Assembly: GCA_000146045.2 (NCBI GenBank) | Contig: BK006938.2 | Coordinates: 1,312,001 to 1,376,000 of the forward strand | Source: TPA_inf: Saccharomyces | Taxonomy: Eukaryota | Direction: 5' to 3' | Length of the DNA stretch: 64,000 nucleotides | Notes under the pieces: model-generated | The model's database searches: none | Told to the model about the DNA's origin: nothing | Seen by the model: only the letters and a program-made list of their open reading frames with translations | Part shown: piece after piece, positions 11,454 through 26,273 of the stretch | Layout: each line of letters opens with the position of its first letter | Numbering within the stretch: position 1 is the stretch's first letter | Made by a program: the position numbers and the translations under genes

Positions 11454-12239
11454 TCAACAAATATTGTCAAAAATATACTTCGCAACTTTACCATTCTTAT
11501 AAACATCATTATGCAAACCCAAATCGTCCAAATACAACTTGAAACTTAACTGATAATCCTGAAGACAAGAAATTAAACAATTAGTTTGTCTTAACGTTAA
11601 TAACTCGTCGCTATAAGAATGCACTAGGTGCATATCAATACTGAAGCGAGAAAGGGCTTTCTTCACGTAAGGCATTACTCTCGAGGGCTCTTCCTCGTAC
11701 ATTTGAATACCATCAGGGAAGGCAAGTCTTGTAAAACAATCATACTCTGGGTATTCTACCAACAGTTCCTTTAACGAGTATATACCATCCAATAGAAATA
11801 CTCTCTTCACGATCTGCAAAAGTCCCAACATTTGCAATTGCGCTTCACTCATTTTTTCTTGAGGATCTTTGAGTGCAGCTAATATCTGCCAAATAAAGGT
11901 AGCTCCAACGGAATGTCCCACCATATTAATGTTCGTTAATCCCTTTTCTTTAACAAGCCTTGTTATATTTGACACAGCATCATATAAGTTTCTTGGATTT
12001 GTGATCTCTGGTGATAACCTGTATTCTATAGAGTATTGACAAACCGTTGACTCAGTATCCATTGATTTGATGGTATTGGCTAATTGATTAAAATCATTGG
12101 GCGTATTCTCAGGATCGTTCCATGCACCTCCATGAATGTATATGACAGCCTCTCTAGTGTTTTGTGAGATTTCTTGGAATGTCAATGTCTTGTTGAATAG
12201 TGTTATATCTGGTGAAATGGCTCTTACGGTATTTGACAT
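11454..12239 (-). CDS. BNA7: Kynurenine formamidase (alpha/beta hydrolase), 261 aa
   Basis: ORF with HGGAW oxyanion motif and GHSVG (GxSxG) nucleophile elbow. The native N-terminus recalled as MSNTVRAISPD corresponds to the third in-frame Met, giving 261 aa. The track's ORF starts two codons earlier at 12245. Confidence 0.78.
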   Translation of the reverse strand: MSNTVRAISPDITLFNKTLTFQEISQNTREAVIYIHGGAWNDPENTPNDFNQLANTIKSMDTESTVCQYSIEYRLSPEITNPRNLYDAVSNITRLVKEKGLTNINMVGHSVGATFIWQILAALKDPQEKMSEAQLQMLGLLQIVKRVFLLDGIYSLKELLVEYPEYDCFTRLAFPDGIQMYEEEPSRVMPYVKKALSRFSIDMHLVHSYSDELLTLRQTNCLISCLQDYQLSFKLYLDDLGLHNDVYKNGKVAKYIFDNIC

Positions 12240-12476
12240 ATTCACGACAGCCTCTGAGCTTTTCCTTGCTTTGATTTTTTAGCTTGAATGGATTGCAACT
12301 TGTTGTAATCTTACAATCGTTAAAAATTTTACCATGCCGTGCGTGCTTTATAGAATATTGAACAATATTCTTTTAGGTATAGATTGATTAGTTTACATAC
12401 TTTCTTTCTTAATATCTACAATTTTTATATGAGAAGAGTAACATTAGAAAACAAGTGCAGAGCATATTCTGTGCAT

Positions 12477-13349
<873 letters not shown>

Positions 13350-13500
13350 CTAGGGCTTCTCTTCCCTCTCTTTTGCCATCGTGATAATTTTTCACTTTCC
13401 ACACTCAGTGAAAGAAAAAAATTTTAACTTCGTTACAAGCGATGAGTATAGATCGGCAAGAAACTTTGAAGCAGTATATTTACAGGATTAAATTATATAT

Positions 13501-16470
13501 CTACAGTTCCTTCACCTCCCAATTTGGTGAAACAGTCTTCCCCTCGATTCCAGGTCCAATGACCGTACTCACCCCTTCTTTGTTTAGTAGATATTTTTCG
13601 GCGACTCTATGAACGTCCAGGAGAGATACGTCTAAGAGTTGTTCCCTTCTTGCTTGTTTCATATCGTCTGTAACACCGCTCATGAAATACGTCACGCCTT
13701 CTCCTTTGGGACTTTTAGGTGCGTCTACTTGTTGAAATATTGTCAATTTAGCTTCATCAAGGTCTGTGACGCCCCACTTGGCATCGTTCAGTATATAACG
13801 CCCGCTATTCTTGAAGGTTTCTAAACTCTTCAAAGGCTGAGGATCCCTATAGGAATAGAAACTGAAAATACCCGCTAAGGCGCTATAAGAAGCACCACCA
13901 CCATAAGCACCACCCTTTTCTCTGACTTCTCTGTGCAAATGTTTGAATGTTAGCATATTTGACATAACTTGAAGTGCAGAGCCATCCTTATGTGTATACG
14001 GCACACCCAATAAAGCTTGGGATGTGTAATGGACCTGGAAAGGAAATTTTATCAAAGTATGTTTACATTTGGATCCAATAAGAGGATAATCTGAAGTCTT
14101 TGGTCCATTGGGCAAGCAGCTGCCATGAGGTAATCTCTCCATGAATTTTGAAATTTGGCTTTCTACTGTTTTCGCTTGAACATCAGAGTCTGAGGTGATA
14201 AAAAAATTCATGTTATTGGTATCAACAATGTACTTTTGCAATTCAGTTAGCTTGTCGACAACTTCTCTTTGGAAAGTTTCTTCATTGTCTAACAAGCTGT
14301 GCAATCTATTTATAAATTGTAGTTGCTCAATACCATTGAGGGTCTCATTTATAGCTCCACTTGATCTATAATGTGCGGCAGAATAGCCCCTTGCAAATGC
14401 ATGACCGGCATCTGCTACAGAAGATGTGTTTGAAGATGCTAATAAGCGGATAAGAACTTTCAATTTATCGCTGTTTTTATGGAAATCAGTTTCTAGTAAG
14501 ATCTTAGACCAGAATTCAAAAATGTGGTCGGTCTTCGAATTTAAAGACCATCCGTCAAACCCGAAAATCAGGCGAGGCTCTGTGGTGTTAGGGTCAGATG
14601 TAACCTCTACATGTGTTGATATACCACCCGTATGTAATTTTATCTGATCTTCTATTTCACTGAAGGATTCTGTTGTTGTCCCTAGGTTAGTTAACGATTC
14701 AGCAAATAAAGGTAAGTATGGGAAGAGTTCAAAGGGTATTATGTCATTTAGTAAACGTTTACCTCTGACATATGTGATACCATTGGTATCAGTAATCCTA
14801 GACATTGTATTATTCTTCTGTTCGATTGAATATTTATCACCAGCTCTTGGGATGTCTTTTATTTGTAAGGTAGGTAAACAGGATAAATCTTCTTTTTCAT
14901 TTTGTTTCTCCTGTAACAGTATACCACGTTTAAAGATGTTTTTCTTGTCTTGTTCATCCAAGGCAGTAATTTTTTCTCTCAGTCTTGTTTGTTCTTCATC
15001 ATCCAAAGATTTAGAGAACTCTTCAGATCCCTGAATGGAAAACGTGAAACAAGGTTTATGAACGATATATTTACGGATTAAATCTTGGAATAAAGTATCA
15101 CCTTTCGTTTCTAAGTCACCTCTAAATCTTTGCAAAACGTCCTCAAACAACAAGCTCTCAAAAGGATCGATTTTGTTTGTCCAACCAGGTAGTATAGAAT
15201 AGAGTAATTGAAGTCCAAAGTCAGCCTTTTGATCCTTCTTAGATAATTCCAATTGTTCAATTATGGCATCGATACGCTTGCGGTCAAAAGGATGTTCTGT
15301 TTCCAACAGGTTTTGAAAAATATTATTTACAGTGTCTTTAAATATTTCAATATCACTCACGCCCTGTATACCAACAGTTAGCAAATTTACTGCTGTAGTT
15401 GGTTCAACACCTGAATTTACGGAGAACTCCAAACCAATTCCTGATTCTATTAATTTTTGATACATTACAGAAGAATGGCCATCCATTAATAAATTCCCCA
15501 GTACTTTTAACAAAAAGGTATCATATGTGTCCTGTGGCGCTCCACAAATCCACGTCATTGAGGCTTTTGTCTGCTTCTCCGGTGGAAGCATAGTATCTAT
15601 TTGACCCAGTAACTTGACATCTATGTCTTTTTTTAAATCAATAGGCATTAACAACTTATCCTTTCGAGCTCTCTTCCCGTAACCACTGAACTGCTCATTT
15701 AATTGCTTTAACGTATCCACCAATGGCAAGTTACCGTACGTGAAAGTTTTTGCATTGGAGGGATGGTAATTTTTGTGATGGAAATCCAAGAGATCGCCGT
15801 ATCTCAAGTCTGTAATTTTCATAGGATCTCCGCCGGAGTTATTCAGGGAAGGATAAATAGACTGTTGAAATTTACTCCAGAAATAGTAATTGGCATTTGA
15901 TATTTGACCTTTCATTTCGTTATAGACAACACCTTTGAAAACAATGTTACTCTCCGGGTCTGTGATGTTTTTATGCTCCAACCTCCAACCCTCCTGATCA
16001 AAATCTTCTTGTTTAAGTAGCGGATTCAAGGTGGAGTCTAAATAAACACCTCTTAAATTAGCGAAATCTTGAGGGTTCGTAGTGGAAAAGGGAAAAAATG
16101 TATAATCTGGACCTGTCATAGCGTTCATGAAATTAGCTAGAGATTTATTTAGCATTTTGAAAAAAGGGTCCCTAACTGGATATTTAACAGACCCACACAA
16201 CGTTGTATGCTCTAGAATATGAGGGACCCCAGTGGAATCTGGAGGGTTGGTTTTAAAAGCAATGCTGAACACATTATTCTTGTCGTCTCTATCAATATGC
16301 AAATGCTCGGCTCCTGTCTGGGAGTGCACCAAATCTACCGCAGTGAGTCTCAGCTCCGGAACCGGTAGAATTCTTCTCACTTCATAACCATGGAATATAC
16401 CTCCAACTGGATATTTTCTAACGGCCTGTGCTTGGGCATACGAGGACGCAAATCGCTGAAACCGCAACAT
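13501..16470 (-). CDS. CYM1: Mitochondrial presequence protease (M16 pitrilysin family) Cym1, 989 aa
   Basis: 989-aa ORF with the inverted zinc-binding HxxEH motif ([12 protein letters not shown]) near the N-terminus and a presequence-like N-terminus ([19 protein letters not shown]). Length matches Cym1 (YDR430C). Confidence 0.88.
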   Translation of the reverse strand: MLRFQRFASSYAQAQAVRKYPVGGIFHGYEVRRILPVPELRLTAVDLVHSQTGAEHLHIDRDDKNNVFSIAFKTNPPDSTGVPHILEHTTLCGSVKYPVRDPFFKMLNKSLANFMNAMTGPDYTFFPFSTTNPQDFANLRGVYLDSTLNPLLKQEDFDQEGWRLEHKNITDPESNIVFKGVVYNEMKGQISNANYYFWSKFQQSIYPSLNNSGGDPMKITDLRYGDLLDFHHKNYHPSNAKTFTYGNLPLVDTLKQLNEQFSGYGKRARKDKLLMPIDLKKDIDVKLLGQIDTMLPPEKQTKASMTWICGAPQDTYDTFLLKVLGNLLMDGHSSVMYQKLIESGIGLEFSVNSGVEPTTAVNLLTVGIQGVSDIEIFKDTVNNIFQNLLETEHPFDRKRIDAIIEQLELSKKDQKADFGLQLLYSILPGWTNKIDPFESLLFEDVLQRFRGDLETKGDTLFQDLIRKYIVHKPCFTFSIQGSEEFSKSLDDEEQTRLREKITALDEQDKKNIFKRGILLQEKQNEKEDLSCLPTLQIKDIPRAGDKYSIEQKNNTMSRITDTNGITYVRGKRLLNDIIPFELFPYLPLFAESLTNLGTTTESFSEIEDQIKLHTGGISTHVEVTSDPNTTEPRLIFGFDGWSLNSKTDHIFEFWSKILLETDFHKNSDKLKVLIRLLASSNTSSVADAGHAFARGYSAAHYRSSGAINETLNGIEQLQFINRLHSLLDNEETFQREVVDKLTELQKYIVDTNNMNFFITSDSDVQAKTVESQISKFMERLPHGSCLPNGPKTSDYPLIGSKCKHTLIKFPFQVHYTSQALLGVPYTHKDGSALQVMSNMLTFKHLHREVREKGGAYGGGASYSALAGIFSFYSYRDPQPLKSLETFKNSGRYILNDAKWGVTDLDEAKLTIFQQVDAPKSPKGEGVTYFMSGVTDDMKQARREQLLDVSLLDVHRVAEKYLLNKEGVSTVIGPGIEGKTVSPNWEVKEL

Positions 16471-16782
16471 ATATACCGCAGTATATTTTATAGTAACTTT
16501 ATTCTTTTGAGTAGCCTTCTAATTGGTGGCTTATTGATTACAATTGCTTGTTATCATATCTGTCAATGCTTGTTCAACAATTCAATGATTTACTACTACC
16601 TTTATCATAGAGCCCCTCCGTATATTTATCACTGTAAACGAAGGGCAAAATTTTTTACATTCTTTTTTTTCGCCACCCAAAGGGATTTAAAAAGGACATG
16701 AGAAAAATAATTTCCTCTCTTCTAAATATATATACTTTTGAAGGAATCAAAATTAAGCAATTACGCTAAAACCATAAGGATA

Positions 16783-18027
16783 ATGTCTGAAGCTCAAGAA
16801 ACTCACGTAGAGCAACTACCAGAATCTGTTGTCGATGCCCCAGTCGAAGAACAGCACCAAGAACCACCACAGGCTCCAGATGCTCCACAAGAACCACAAG
16901 TTCCACAGGAATCTGCTCCACAGGAATCTGCTCCACAAGAACCACCAGCTCCACAAGAACAAAATGACGTTCCTCCACCATCTAATGCTCCAATTTATGA
17001 AGGCGAAGAATCCCACAGTGTCCAAGACTACCAAGAGGCCCACCAGCACCACCAACCACCTGAACCCCAACCATATTATCCTCCTCCTCCTCCAGGTGAA
17101 CACATGCACGGTCGCCCACCAATGCACCACCGTCAAGAAGGAGAACTCTCGAACACCAGATTGTTTGTTAGACCTTTCCCATTGGACGTTCAAGAATCCG
17201 AGTTGAATGAAATCTTTGGTCCATTTGGACCAATGAAGGAAGTCAAGATCTTGAACGGCTTCGCGTTTGTTGAATTTGAAGAAGCAGAATCCGCTGCCAA
17301 AGCCATTGAAGAAGTTCACGGTAAGAGTTTTGCTAACCAACCTTTGGAAGTTGTTTACTCTAAATTGCCTGCCAAGAGATACCGTATCACCATGAAAAAC
17401 TTACCAGAAGGTTGTTCATGGCAAGATCTTAAAGATTTAGCCAGGGAAAATAGTTTAGAAACTACTTTTTCTAGCGTCAATACCAGAGATTTTGATGGTA
17501 CCGGTGCTCTAGAATTCCCTAGTGAAGAAATCTTGGTCGAAGCTTTGGAGAGATTAAACAATATTGAATTCAGAGGTTCTGTCATTACTGTTGAAAGAGA
17601 TGACAATCCTCCACCAATCAGAAGATCAAATAGAGGTGGCTTCAGAGGTCGCGGCGGCTTCAGAGGCGGCTTCAGAGGTGGCTTCAGAGGCGGTTTCTCC
17701 AGAGGCGGCTTCGGTGGCCCCAGAGGTGGATTTGGTGGTCCAAGAGGTGGTTACGGTGGCTATTCCAGAGGTGGCTACGGTGGCTACTCCAGAGGCGGAT
17801 ATGGTGGCTCCAGAGGTGGTTACGATAGTCCTAGAGGTGGTTACGATAGTCCAAGAGGTGGTTATTCCAGAGGTGGCTATGGTGGTCCAAGAAATGATTA
17901 CGGTCCTCCAAGAGGTAGCTACGGTGGTTCAAGAGGTGGTTATGATGGTCCAAGAGGCGATTATGGTCCTCCAAGAGATGCATACAGAACCAGAGATGCT
18001 CCACGTGAAAGATCACCAACCAGGTAA
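16783..18027 (+). CDS. NPL3: SR-like mRNA-binding/export protein Npl3, 414 aa; two RRMs plus a C-terminal RGG/SR repeat domain
   Basis: Start [16 protein letters not shown] is the 16th codon of the track ORF. An APQE-rich N-terminus is followed by RRMs ([10 protein letters not shown]...[10 protein letters not shown]), then GGFRGG / GGYGG / SPRGGYD repeats encoded by imperfect tandem DNA repeats over about 17630-17990. Confidence 0.88.
   Translation: MSEAQETHVEQLPESVVDAPVEEQHQEPPQAPDAPQEPQVPQESAPQESAPQEPPAPQEQNDVPPPSNAPIYEGEESHSVQDYQEAHQHHQPPEPQPYYPPPPPGEHMHGRPPMHHRQEGELSNTRLFVRPFPLDVQESELNEIFGPFGPMKEVKILNGFAFVEFEEAESAAKAIEEVHGKSFANQPLEVVYSKLPAKRYRITMKNLPEGCSWQDLKDLARENSLETTFSSVNTRDFDGTGALEFPSEEILVEALERLNNIEFRGSVITVERDDNPPPIRRSNRGGFRGRGGFRGGFRGGFRGGFSRGGFGGPRGGFGGPRGGYGGYSRGGYGGYSRGGYGGSRGGYDSPRGGYDSPRGGYSRGGYGGPRNDYGPPRGSYGGSRGGYDGPRGDYGPPRDAYRTRDAPRERSPTR
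17630..17990 (+). repeat. Imperfect tandem coding repeats (about 15-30 nt units, agaggtggctacggtggc-like) encoding the NPL3 RGG/SR domain
   Basis: Reiterated agaggtgg(c/t)t(a/t)cg(a/g)tgg units are directly visible. They generate long spurious ORFs in the other frames and strand (track ORFs 17564..18040 and 17831..18019). Confidence 0.85.
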
Positions 18028-19236
18028 GCCATTTATATAGTTGAGAAAAAAAAAGGAGAAATTAACAAAAGATATGAATTGTTTTAAAACTTAAATATGA
18101 GACTGAGAACAAATGAAAAAGGAAAACATCGTATTAAATGTTGAAAAAGTTTTTTTTTTGAAGAACTTCCTCCCCATTCCCTCCCCTCCCTTTTATTAAG
18201 TATAGTTTTTGTTTATTAATAAGTTTAGTGTTAGAAGATCCCAAAGTATATGATTGAAAACAGAATTGTTTATTGCGAGTCCCGACTTCACTCCAGTAGA
18301 TAGAATAATCCCATGATAACATTTAACATCCTTTTTACAACGGAATTTCATTTCCAAATTGATGAGTCGTTAAAACTTCTGTATTGGATTTTAATTAGAC
18401 CTTCTTTCGTGTAATACTACTACTACTACCTCTAGATTCTTATGTGTCTTTCAATTTTTTTTATTTCCCTGCACCAAACTATCTTTTATTGAATGGAATG
18501 TGCTGCAAAATTAACAAAAATAAGTTTTACTTAAAGTTTCTAACGAGAATCTCCTCTTCAACATACGGGCAGGATAATATAATTGACTATACTGATAATG
18601 AACCCCGTTTTTTGTTATCTTGTGAGATAACTCAGTGGAAACTTGATCTAGCAGTAGACCAGTTTCCCCTCCCCCAATTAATACTAGAAAGTTGAGAAAC
18701 TACAGAAATCTTGTAATTTAACCATTTTTTTGTCCCAAGCCGATCTATTTTGGATATCTTATTGTCATTTTTCAAGTGAAAAAAGGTCTCCCTTTCTATA
18801 CGAGAGTTCTCATATGGAATGAGAGAATAAGCGGTAAGATATCGAACATTCACAAGAAATAAAGTACCAGTTAAGAGGTGCAATTGAATATATACAATAT
18901 CCTATCATCTTAGTCCTTTGAGTATGCAAAAAGCTACAAATATAGTTGTTAGTTTGGGTCAGGCTAATTTCAAAGAATTTGAACTCCTATAAAGTTAAGT
19001 TGAAGAAACTAATAAGTACTATTATGGCCTGTTAAATCTGTGTTACGTATTAAATGATGTGTAATCCAGAAGTTATAAATAATGAAAGATGTCCTTACGT
19101 GGAGCTTAATAACAGAGATACAAAGTTTAAAAGGGAACTCGTGTACTAATTGAAGTGTGTACGTGTGCATTAATATTAATAAGGGATAAATAACGATAAA
19201 AGAGCCGCTCTTTGATAAGGATTACACGCCAGAATA

Positions 19237-20841
19237 ATGTCCAATGCAAATCTAAGAAAATGGGTTGGTTTTTGCTTTGTTGCCATTTATCTCTTTTTAG
19301 GTGTTCCACTGTGGTACAAGCTAACTACAGTTTATAGAGCATCACTACCAATAAATTACATTGAGTCACTTCAAAATAACAAATTCCAAGATATTCATCT
19401 CGTAATACCGGTGTATGTTAAGTCAGATACTTACAGATTTCCTGACGTTCATGACGCTATCCAAGTACAAGTTAACCATTTATTGAATTCTCAGGAGCAA
19501 CGGGTCCCTTGGTCTTTACAAGTTCTTCCATATAATGAGACTATTGAGCAGATGGAAAGTGAAGGCAACCAGTTTCATGTCGTTACTTTGAAGTTAGACG
19601 AATTTATTGGTTACTCATCAGCTTACGACACCAAAGAAACACTAGTATATTACGACGATGCTGCCGTTTTAAGTAATGATCTACCGTTTTTTGTTGCTCA
19701 AACATTGGTAGAGCACACTTTCCAATTGGAATGGACGCATTTGAATAAAACGTGTGAAGGCGTTTCTACAAACAACGATGTCGCAATATCTTATGATCCA
19801 AACATTCATTTAAGTGTAACTTTATTGTCAGGTGATGGGAATCCTGTTGCATGGGAAATTGAGCCTACATTAACTGACTACTTTTCACCTTTTAGGAAGT
19901 TCTTATCACCACTGGTAAATTTTACAGTAGATTCATCCATTGTTTATCATAATGATTTGAATTTGCATTCATTAAATGGATCATGTACAAGCGTTACGTG
20001 GTTTGATCTCTCTCATACTATTGATCTTTCTGAACTTTCTTCAATGGCCTATTACCCAGAAGATTCTGCACTGAATTTAGCCATAGTCTTTCCTAGTGCT
20101 TCTTCAAGTCCCGATGGTCTGGCGTTCATTAATGGCACTCGGATTTCAGACGAAATAACCACATTAGATTGGAATAGTTATCTAGTTCCTCAATGGGGGG
20201 TTATAATAATAAATAAAATGCCGTTGAAGCCAAATTCAGTCATTAGCGAAGATTATTTAGAACCTATGATGTACCGTTTTGCGACAGATATTTTTCAACT
20301 ATTGGGATTAACGGAGGGCTCGCAAGATTTGTTATCACCTTATATTACCATAGATTCATTCAAAAGGTTGACAATTTTACAGAATCTAGATAAAGCTACG
20401 GAAACATTATGGTCGTTAGTGAAATTAACTCAACAATTTCAGGGCATGTCTATCCCACGCGAAGTATCGGATAATGTTATCGAAGCTTTAGACTTAAGGC
20501 TACAGATTATTGATTTATTAAATGATCCTGGAAAGGGTGGAGATATCGTCTGGAACAATGCCCTGCATCTAAGTAATGAATTGGTTAAACTATGCGAAAA
20601 GGCATTTTTCAATGGAGAAATGGTTCAACAAAATTTCTTCCCACAAGAGCACATGATAGCTGTGTATTTACCTTTATTAGGCCCAATATCGGCAGTCATG
20701 TTCTTTGGTTTCTACAACGTGATGAAGGAAAAGAATCAAAAGAGTAAAAAGAATGGAACCGAGAGAGAAGTTGCTAAAGAAAAATTAGAGTTGAAAGAGG
20801 CTCAAAAATTACATGCTATTGATGGTGAAGATGAATTATGA
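19237..20841 (+). CDS. GPI17: GPI transamidase complex subunit Gpi17 (PIG-S homologue), 534 aa
   Basis: 534-aa ORF with N- and C-terminal hydrophobic segments (FCFVAIYLFLGVPLWY... and AVYLPLLGPISAVMFFGFY) flanking a large lumenal domain. Length and position fit YDR434W. Confidence 0.75.
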   Translation: MSNANLRKWVGFCFVAIYLFLGVPLWYKLTTVYRASLPINYIESLQNNKFQDIHLVIPVYVKSDTYRFPDVHDAIQVQVNHLLNSQEQRVPWSLQVLPYNETIEQMESEGNQFHVVTLKLDEFIGYSSAYDTKETLVYYDDAAVLSNDLPFFVAQTLVEHTFQLEWTHLNKTCEGVSTNNDVAISYDPNIHLSVTLLSGDGNPVAWEIEPTLTDYFSPFRKFLSPLVNFTVDSSIVYHNDLNLHSLNGSCTSVTWFDLSHTIDLSELSSMAYYPEDSALNLAIVFPSASSSPDGLAFINGTRISDEITTLDWNSYLVPQWGVIIINKMPLKPNSVISEDYLEPMMYRFATDIFQLLGLTEGSQDLLSPYITIDSFKRLTILQNLDKATETLWSLVKLTQQFQGMSIPREVSDNVIEALDLRLQIIDLLNDPGKGGDIVWNNALHLSNELVKLCEKAFFNGEMVQQNFFPQEHMIAVYLPLLGPISAVMFFGFYNVMKEKNQKSKKNGTEREVAKEKLELKEAQKLHAIDGEDEL

Positions 20842-20982
20842 GTTGATAACTAAACTACAATTACCAATATTTTGAATGCATGTAGTGTAAGTACAGGTAT
20901 ATCTATATATTATGTATATGTAAGAGTACCATATAAACGGTAAGCATATTAAGATCAAATTAGTTGAGGCTGTAAATAAAAA

Positions 20983-22065
<1,083 letters not shown>

Positions 22066-22820
22066 TCAGCCTTTGAACCCAGGCGCAAGGCGCAATTGCC
22101 CAGAACTCAATCCCCTTGCTTGACCATCTGATGAACAGATAAGTACCTCTTATCTGTGCGTTCTGCTCAGAAGTTTCGCTGCAGTTTTCATTGATTGATA
22201 ACATAGTGTGCTGCTGACGGAATCGCCTTAAAATGCCTGTACGAAGTAAAATATGGCAGCCGCTGCACTAAACCTTGTAGTGCTCGCTCTTACTTTATTG
22301 CGATTCCCACAATCCAAAATTTGCAGTCGCCGCTACGATGGTGTCTGACAACTTCTTCCACATACCAATGTACGTCTTGCCTTCACACCTTACTGCTTCT
22401 TATGGCATCCCATATTGGATCCCCCACGTCGCCGCGACAGGCCTTGGACGCCAGCCGTTGCGTTGCACTTGCCAAAGTAACTCACTTGCCAGGGTCTCAG
22501 CGATGCACAGAAGAAGGCGGTCCCTTCTTGGAAGAGAGAAATTGTTTACATAACTATATAGTATCTCACAGATACAAGCATACGGTAGCCATAATATACT
22601 TCGCAAACCGTACCTTTTTGCGTAAGAAATACACATATAGTAGGTTTTGTCGCCTCCTCTTCCCCCTTTGTCTCAGCATAGCATTAACATAGGTGCCTCA
22701 GAGTGACAAAGAGAGAAATAGTTAACTAGAATACGGTGCAAATTCAGAGAAAAAATATCAGATTCTATTCTATTTACCCCCCCTATAACTGCAGAATCGT
22801 ACATTTGATCAGCAAGTACC

Positions 22821-24953
22821 ATGGGTAATTCCGGTTCGAAACAACATACCAAGCACAATAGCAAGAAGGATGACCACGACGGTGACAGGAAAAAGACACT
22901 AGATCTCCCACCACTGACAAAATCGGATACTACACATTCGCTGAAATCGTCAAGGTCGCTGAGGTCGCTGCGGTCGAAACGCTCAGAGGCGTCGTTGGCA
23001 TCTAATGTTCAAGCTCAAACGCAACCCCTCTCCCGCAGATCGTCCACTCTGGGAAACGGCAATCGCAACCATAGGCGATCAAACAACGCCCCAATCACTC
23101 CTCCTAATAACCACTACCTAACCTCACATCCCAGTTCGTCAAGAAGACTCTCTTCCTCTTCGAGAAGGTCGAGCATGGGGAATAATAACAATTCAGAATT
23201 GCCCCCGTCAATGATCCAGATGGAGCCCAAATCACCCATCTTGAAAAATAGTACAAGCATGCATTCCACTAGCTCTTTCAACTCTTACGAAAATGCGTTG
23301 ACTGATGATGACGACGATAGGGGGGATGATGGCGGCGAGAGCCCCTCAATGGCCAAAGTTACTCGCATCAACACTAGTTCTTCCGCAGATAGAGGCTCCA
23401 AGCGTACTCCTTTAAGACGTCATAATTCATTACAACCGGAAAAAGGTGTAACAGGATTTTCCTCGACTTCATCGAAATTACGCAGAAGATCAGACAATAC
23501 TCTGCCAGCAAGTTATCCTTTAAATGCAGAAGCAGGAGGGAATGGCAGCGACTATTTCTCAAACAGATCAAACTCGCATGCATCATCCAGGAAGTCGTCA
23601 TTTGGCTCCACTGGGAATACAGCTTATAGCACACCACTGCATTCACCTGCGTTAAGAAAAATGAGCTCGAGGGACAACGACGATAGCGGAGACAACGTCA
23701 ACGGTAGAGGCACCTCACCTATCCCTAATCTAAACATAGACAAGCCTTCGCCGTCAGCGTCGTCAGCGTCAAAAAGAGAATATTTAAGTGCATATCCAAC
23801 ACTAGCTCACAGAGATTCATCATCTTCACTTAGTCCGCGGGGCAAAGGACAACGGTCTTCATCGTCTTCCAGTTCCAGTCAAAGAATATATGTTTCCCCA
23901 CCATCTCCCACAGGTGATTTCGTACACGGGAGTTGTGCAGACGGTGATAATGGATCTAGGACTAATACTATGGTCGAAATGAAAAGGAAAAAACCAGTTC
24001 GTCCAGTGGACATAGATGAAATTATCCAGAGATTACTAGATGCCGGCTATGCCGCAAAGAGGACCAAGAATGTTTGCTTAAAGAATTCCGAGATTATTCA
24101 AATTTGCCATAAGGCTCGTGAATTATTCCTTGCCCAACCTGCTCTCTTAGAATTATCTCCCTCGGTAAAAATAGTGGGTGATGTTCACGGCCAATATGCA
24201 GATCTTTTGAGACTTTTTACCAAATGCGGTTTCCCCCCCATGGCAAATTACTTATTTTTAGGCGATTACGTAGATCGCGGTAAGCAGTCCCTGGAGACCA
24301 TTTTACTATTACTATGCTATAAGATTAAATATCCTGAAAATTTCTTCCTCTTAAGAGGCAATCATGAATGTGCCAATGTTACAAGAGTCTACGGGTTTTA
24401 TGATGAATGTAAACGACGTTGTAATATCAAGATTTGGAAAACCTTTGTTGACACGTTCAACACGCTACCGTTAGCAGCCATCGTCACAGGAAAAATATTT
24501 TGTGTTCATGGTGGACTATCACCTGTTCTAAATTCCATGGACGAAATTAGGCACGTTAGTAGGCCCACCGATGTACCCGACTTCGGCTTAATTAATGACC
24601 TTTTATGGTCGGATCCTACAGATTCATCGAATGAATGGGAGGATAATGAGCGTGGAGTTAGTTTTTGTTACAATAAAGTGGCTATTAATAAATTTTTAAA
24701 CAAATTCGGATTCGATTTAGTGTGTAGAGCACATATGGTGGTGGAAGATGGTTATGAATTCTTTAATGACAGAAGCTTAGTTACAGTGTTTTCGGCTCCC
24801 AACTATTGTGGTGAATTCGATAACTGGGGTGCTGTCATGACCGTTAGTGAAGGCCTACTCTGTTCTTTTGAGTTGTTGGACCCACTGGACAGTACCGCTT
24901 TGAAACAAGTGATGAAAAAAGGCAGGCAAGAACGTAAATTAGCCAATCGCTGA
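22821..24953 (+). CDS. PPZ2: PPZ-type Ser/Thr protein phosphatase (PP1-related) Ppz2, 710 aa; MGNSGS myristoylation consensus, Ser/Arg-rich N-terminal half, PP1 catalytic C-terminal half
   Basis: Catalytic motifs GDVHGQ, GDYVDRG and RGNHE are visible ([41 protein letters not shown]). The protein carries a long disordered S/R/N-rich N-terminus. The 710 aa length matches Ppz2. Confidence 0.88.
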   Translation: MGNSGSKQHTKHNSKKDDHDGDRKKTLDLPPLTKSDTTHSLKSSRSLRSLRSKRSEASLASNVQAQTQPLSRRSSTLGNGNRNHRRSNNAPITPPNNHYLTSHPSSSRRLSSSSRRSSMGNNNNSELPPSMIQMEPKSPILKNSTSMHSTSSFNSYENALTDDDDDRGDDGGESPSMAKVTRINTSSSADRGSKRTPLRRHNSLQPEKGVTGFSSTSSKLRRRSDNTLPASYPLNAEAGGNGSDYFSNRSNSHASSRKSSFGSTGNTAYSTPLHSPALRKMSSRDNDDSGDNVNGRGTSPIPNLNIDKPSPSASSASKREYLSAYPTLAHRDSSSSLSPRGKGQRSSSSSSSSQRIYVSPPSPTGDFVHGSCADGDNGSRTNTMVEMKRKKPVRPVDIDEIIQRLLDAGYAAKRTKNVCLKNSEIIQICHKARELFLAQPALLELSPSVKIVGDVHGQYADLLRLFTKCGFPPMANYLFLGDYVDRGKQSLETILLLLCYKIKYPENFFLLRGNHECANVTRVYGFYDECKRRCNIKIWKTFVDTFNTLPLAAIVTGKIFCVHGGLSPVLNSMDEIRHVSRPTDVPDFGLINDLLWSDPTDSSNEWEDNERGVSFCYNKVAINKFLNKFGFDLVCRAHMVVEDGYEFFNDRSLVTVFSAPNYCGEFDNWGAVMTVSEGLLCSFELLDPLDSTALKQVMKKGRQERKLANR

Positions 24954-25351
24954 AAAACTAGATATTAATGTTGCAGTTAATAAGCTCATTGAAAACTTTC
25001 TTTGGTTGTTCCTCTTCCTTCTTTTTTTCGCCGATAAAGTTGTCGTTATAGTTTCACTTATATCTTACGAGAATCTAAATAAGTAAATATTAATATTATT
25101 CAATTTCTCATTTCCTTTCCTCTGGGTTTTTTGAGAGTACGAGTTTTATTGCTCGCTTTTTGTATTTTCACTTTGCCGGCTTTTTCACTATTCCCTATTG
25201 TCTTAATAAAGTTCCTGCTTGGGCCCAGTAAACTTTTAAAATTTATGTGCTGAAAGAAAGTTGAAACAATCACAAGAGGAGAGCAGATTTGCCAAAAAAA
25301 GAATCTGAGCTGTTTGTTCCTGTCTAATACTAAAAGATATAAATAAACAAT

Positions 25352-25774
25352 ATGTATACAAAAGAGTACTACTGGTTTTCACAATATATGATAATAACAA
25401 GCACTTTGGTGCTCACCATAATATGGTCCATCTTACCATCATCGCTGGGTGAGGCTGCACCAAAGCAGTTTATCAACACGCTATTGGACATCTTCCCACA
25501 AAGAAGATGGATTATTACCTTGGAGAGCATAATGCTGATGGGCATGCTATGCACATACATCGGCCTTCTGATGTACAATGAAGATACATTAACACCGCCG
25601 CTAGATTCTCTATCTACAGTAACGGATGCCGGTGGTCAACTTGTAATAGAGGACGACCCGGACGTATTCGTTAAGAAATGGGCCTTTAAAGAAACAAGTG
25701 GTATTTACGATCTGTCTCTGATGGATGCCTGCCAACTTCTCTACCTATATGATAACGACCATACCAGCACATAG
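25352..25774 (+). CDS. GPI19: GPI-GlcNAc transferase subunit Gpi19 (PIG-P homologue), 140 aa
   Basis: 140-aa ORF with two hydrophobic segments (ITSTLVLTIIWSILPSSL, IMLMGMLCTYIGLLMY). Size and position after PPZ2 fit YDR437W. Confidence 0.7.
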   Translation: MYTKEYYWFSQYMIITSTLVLTIIWSILPSSLGEAAPKQFINTLLDIFPQRRWIITLESIMLMGMLCTYIGLLMYNEDTLTPPLDSLSTVTDAGGQLVIEDDPDVFVKKWAFKETSGIYDLSLMDACQLLYLYDNDHTST

Positions 25775-26273
25775 CTTTTCTCAGCACCTGTCCAGAGACA
25801 TAACATCACAATCACATCGCCCCAGTAAATGCATACGCAAGATAAGATACAAACTGGCTACGGGAACACTACGCCAACGTGATTGGCAATTGTGCTCTAA
25901 TAGTTACTCTATTATTGCTGTTAATTGACAATGTTTAGTCACGTGCAACACAATTCAAGTCACGTGGAAAGGCCTTCACATGGTGATCCATCTTCTACAT
26001 CTTCATCGGTCCTGCATAAAGTCATAATATGGGGCTACTGGAATGTATGCACTTAACAGTACTATTATATGGTGAGGCTGTAATGCTTACCGTTTTGTGG
26101 CTATTCTCGTATTCTGTAGGCCCCCCCATACACATTTTTCGGTAACTGCGGCATATAGATGAAAGTTGAAATGAATATTCAAAAGAATATATATAATAAT
26201 GCAGGAGATCAAGGAAGAATTAGATATGTATAAGAGTGATGGTAGAGGCAAAAAATAAAAAGTAAGCAGGAGA

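Noticed and set aside
16816-17340. 174-aa minus-strand ORF and 125-aa plus-strand alternate-frame ORF within NPL3
   Set aside because: They arise from the Pro/Gln-rich and repeat-rich NPL3 coding DNA being open in other frames. The translations are W/F/L-rich nonsense.
17564-18040. 158-aa plus-strand ORF overlapping the NPL3 RGG repeats in another frame
   Set aside because: Frame-shifted reading of the RGG tandem repeats (EVA(S/T)E.. repeats). It is a repeat artefact, not an independent gene.
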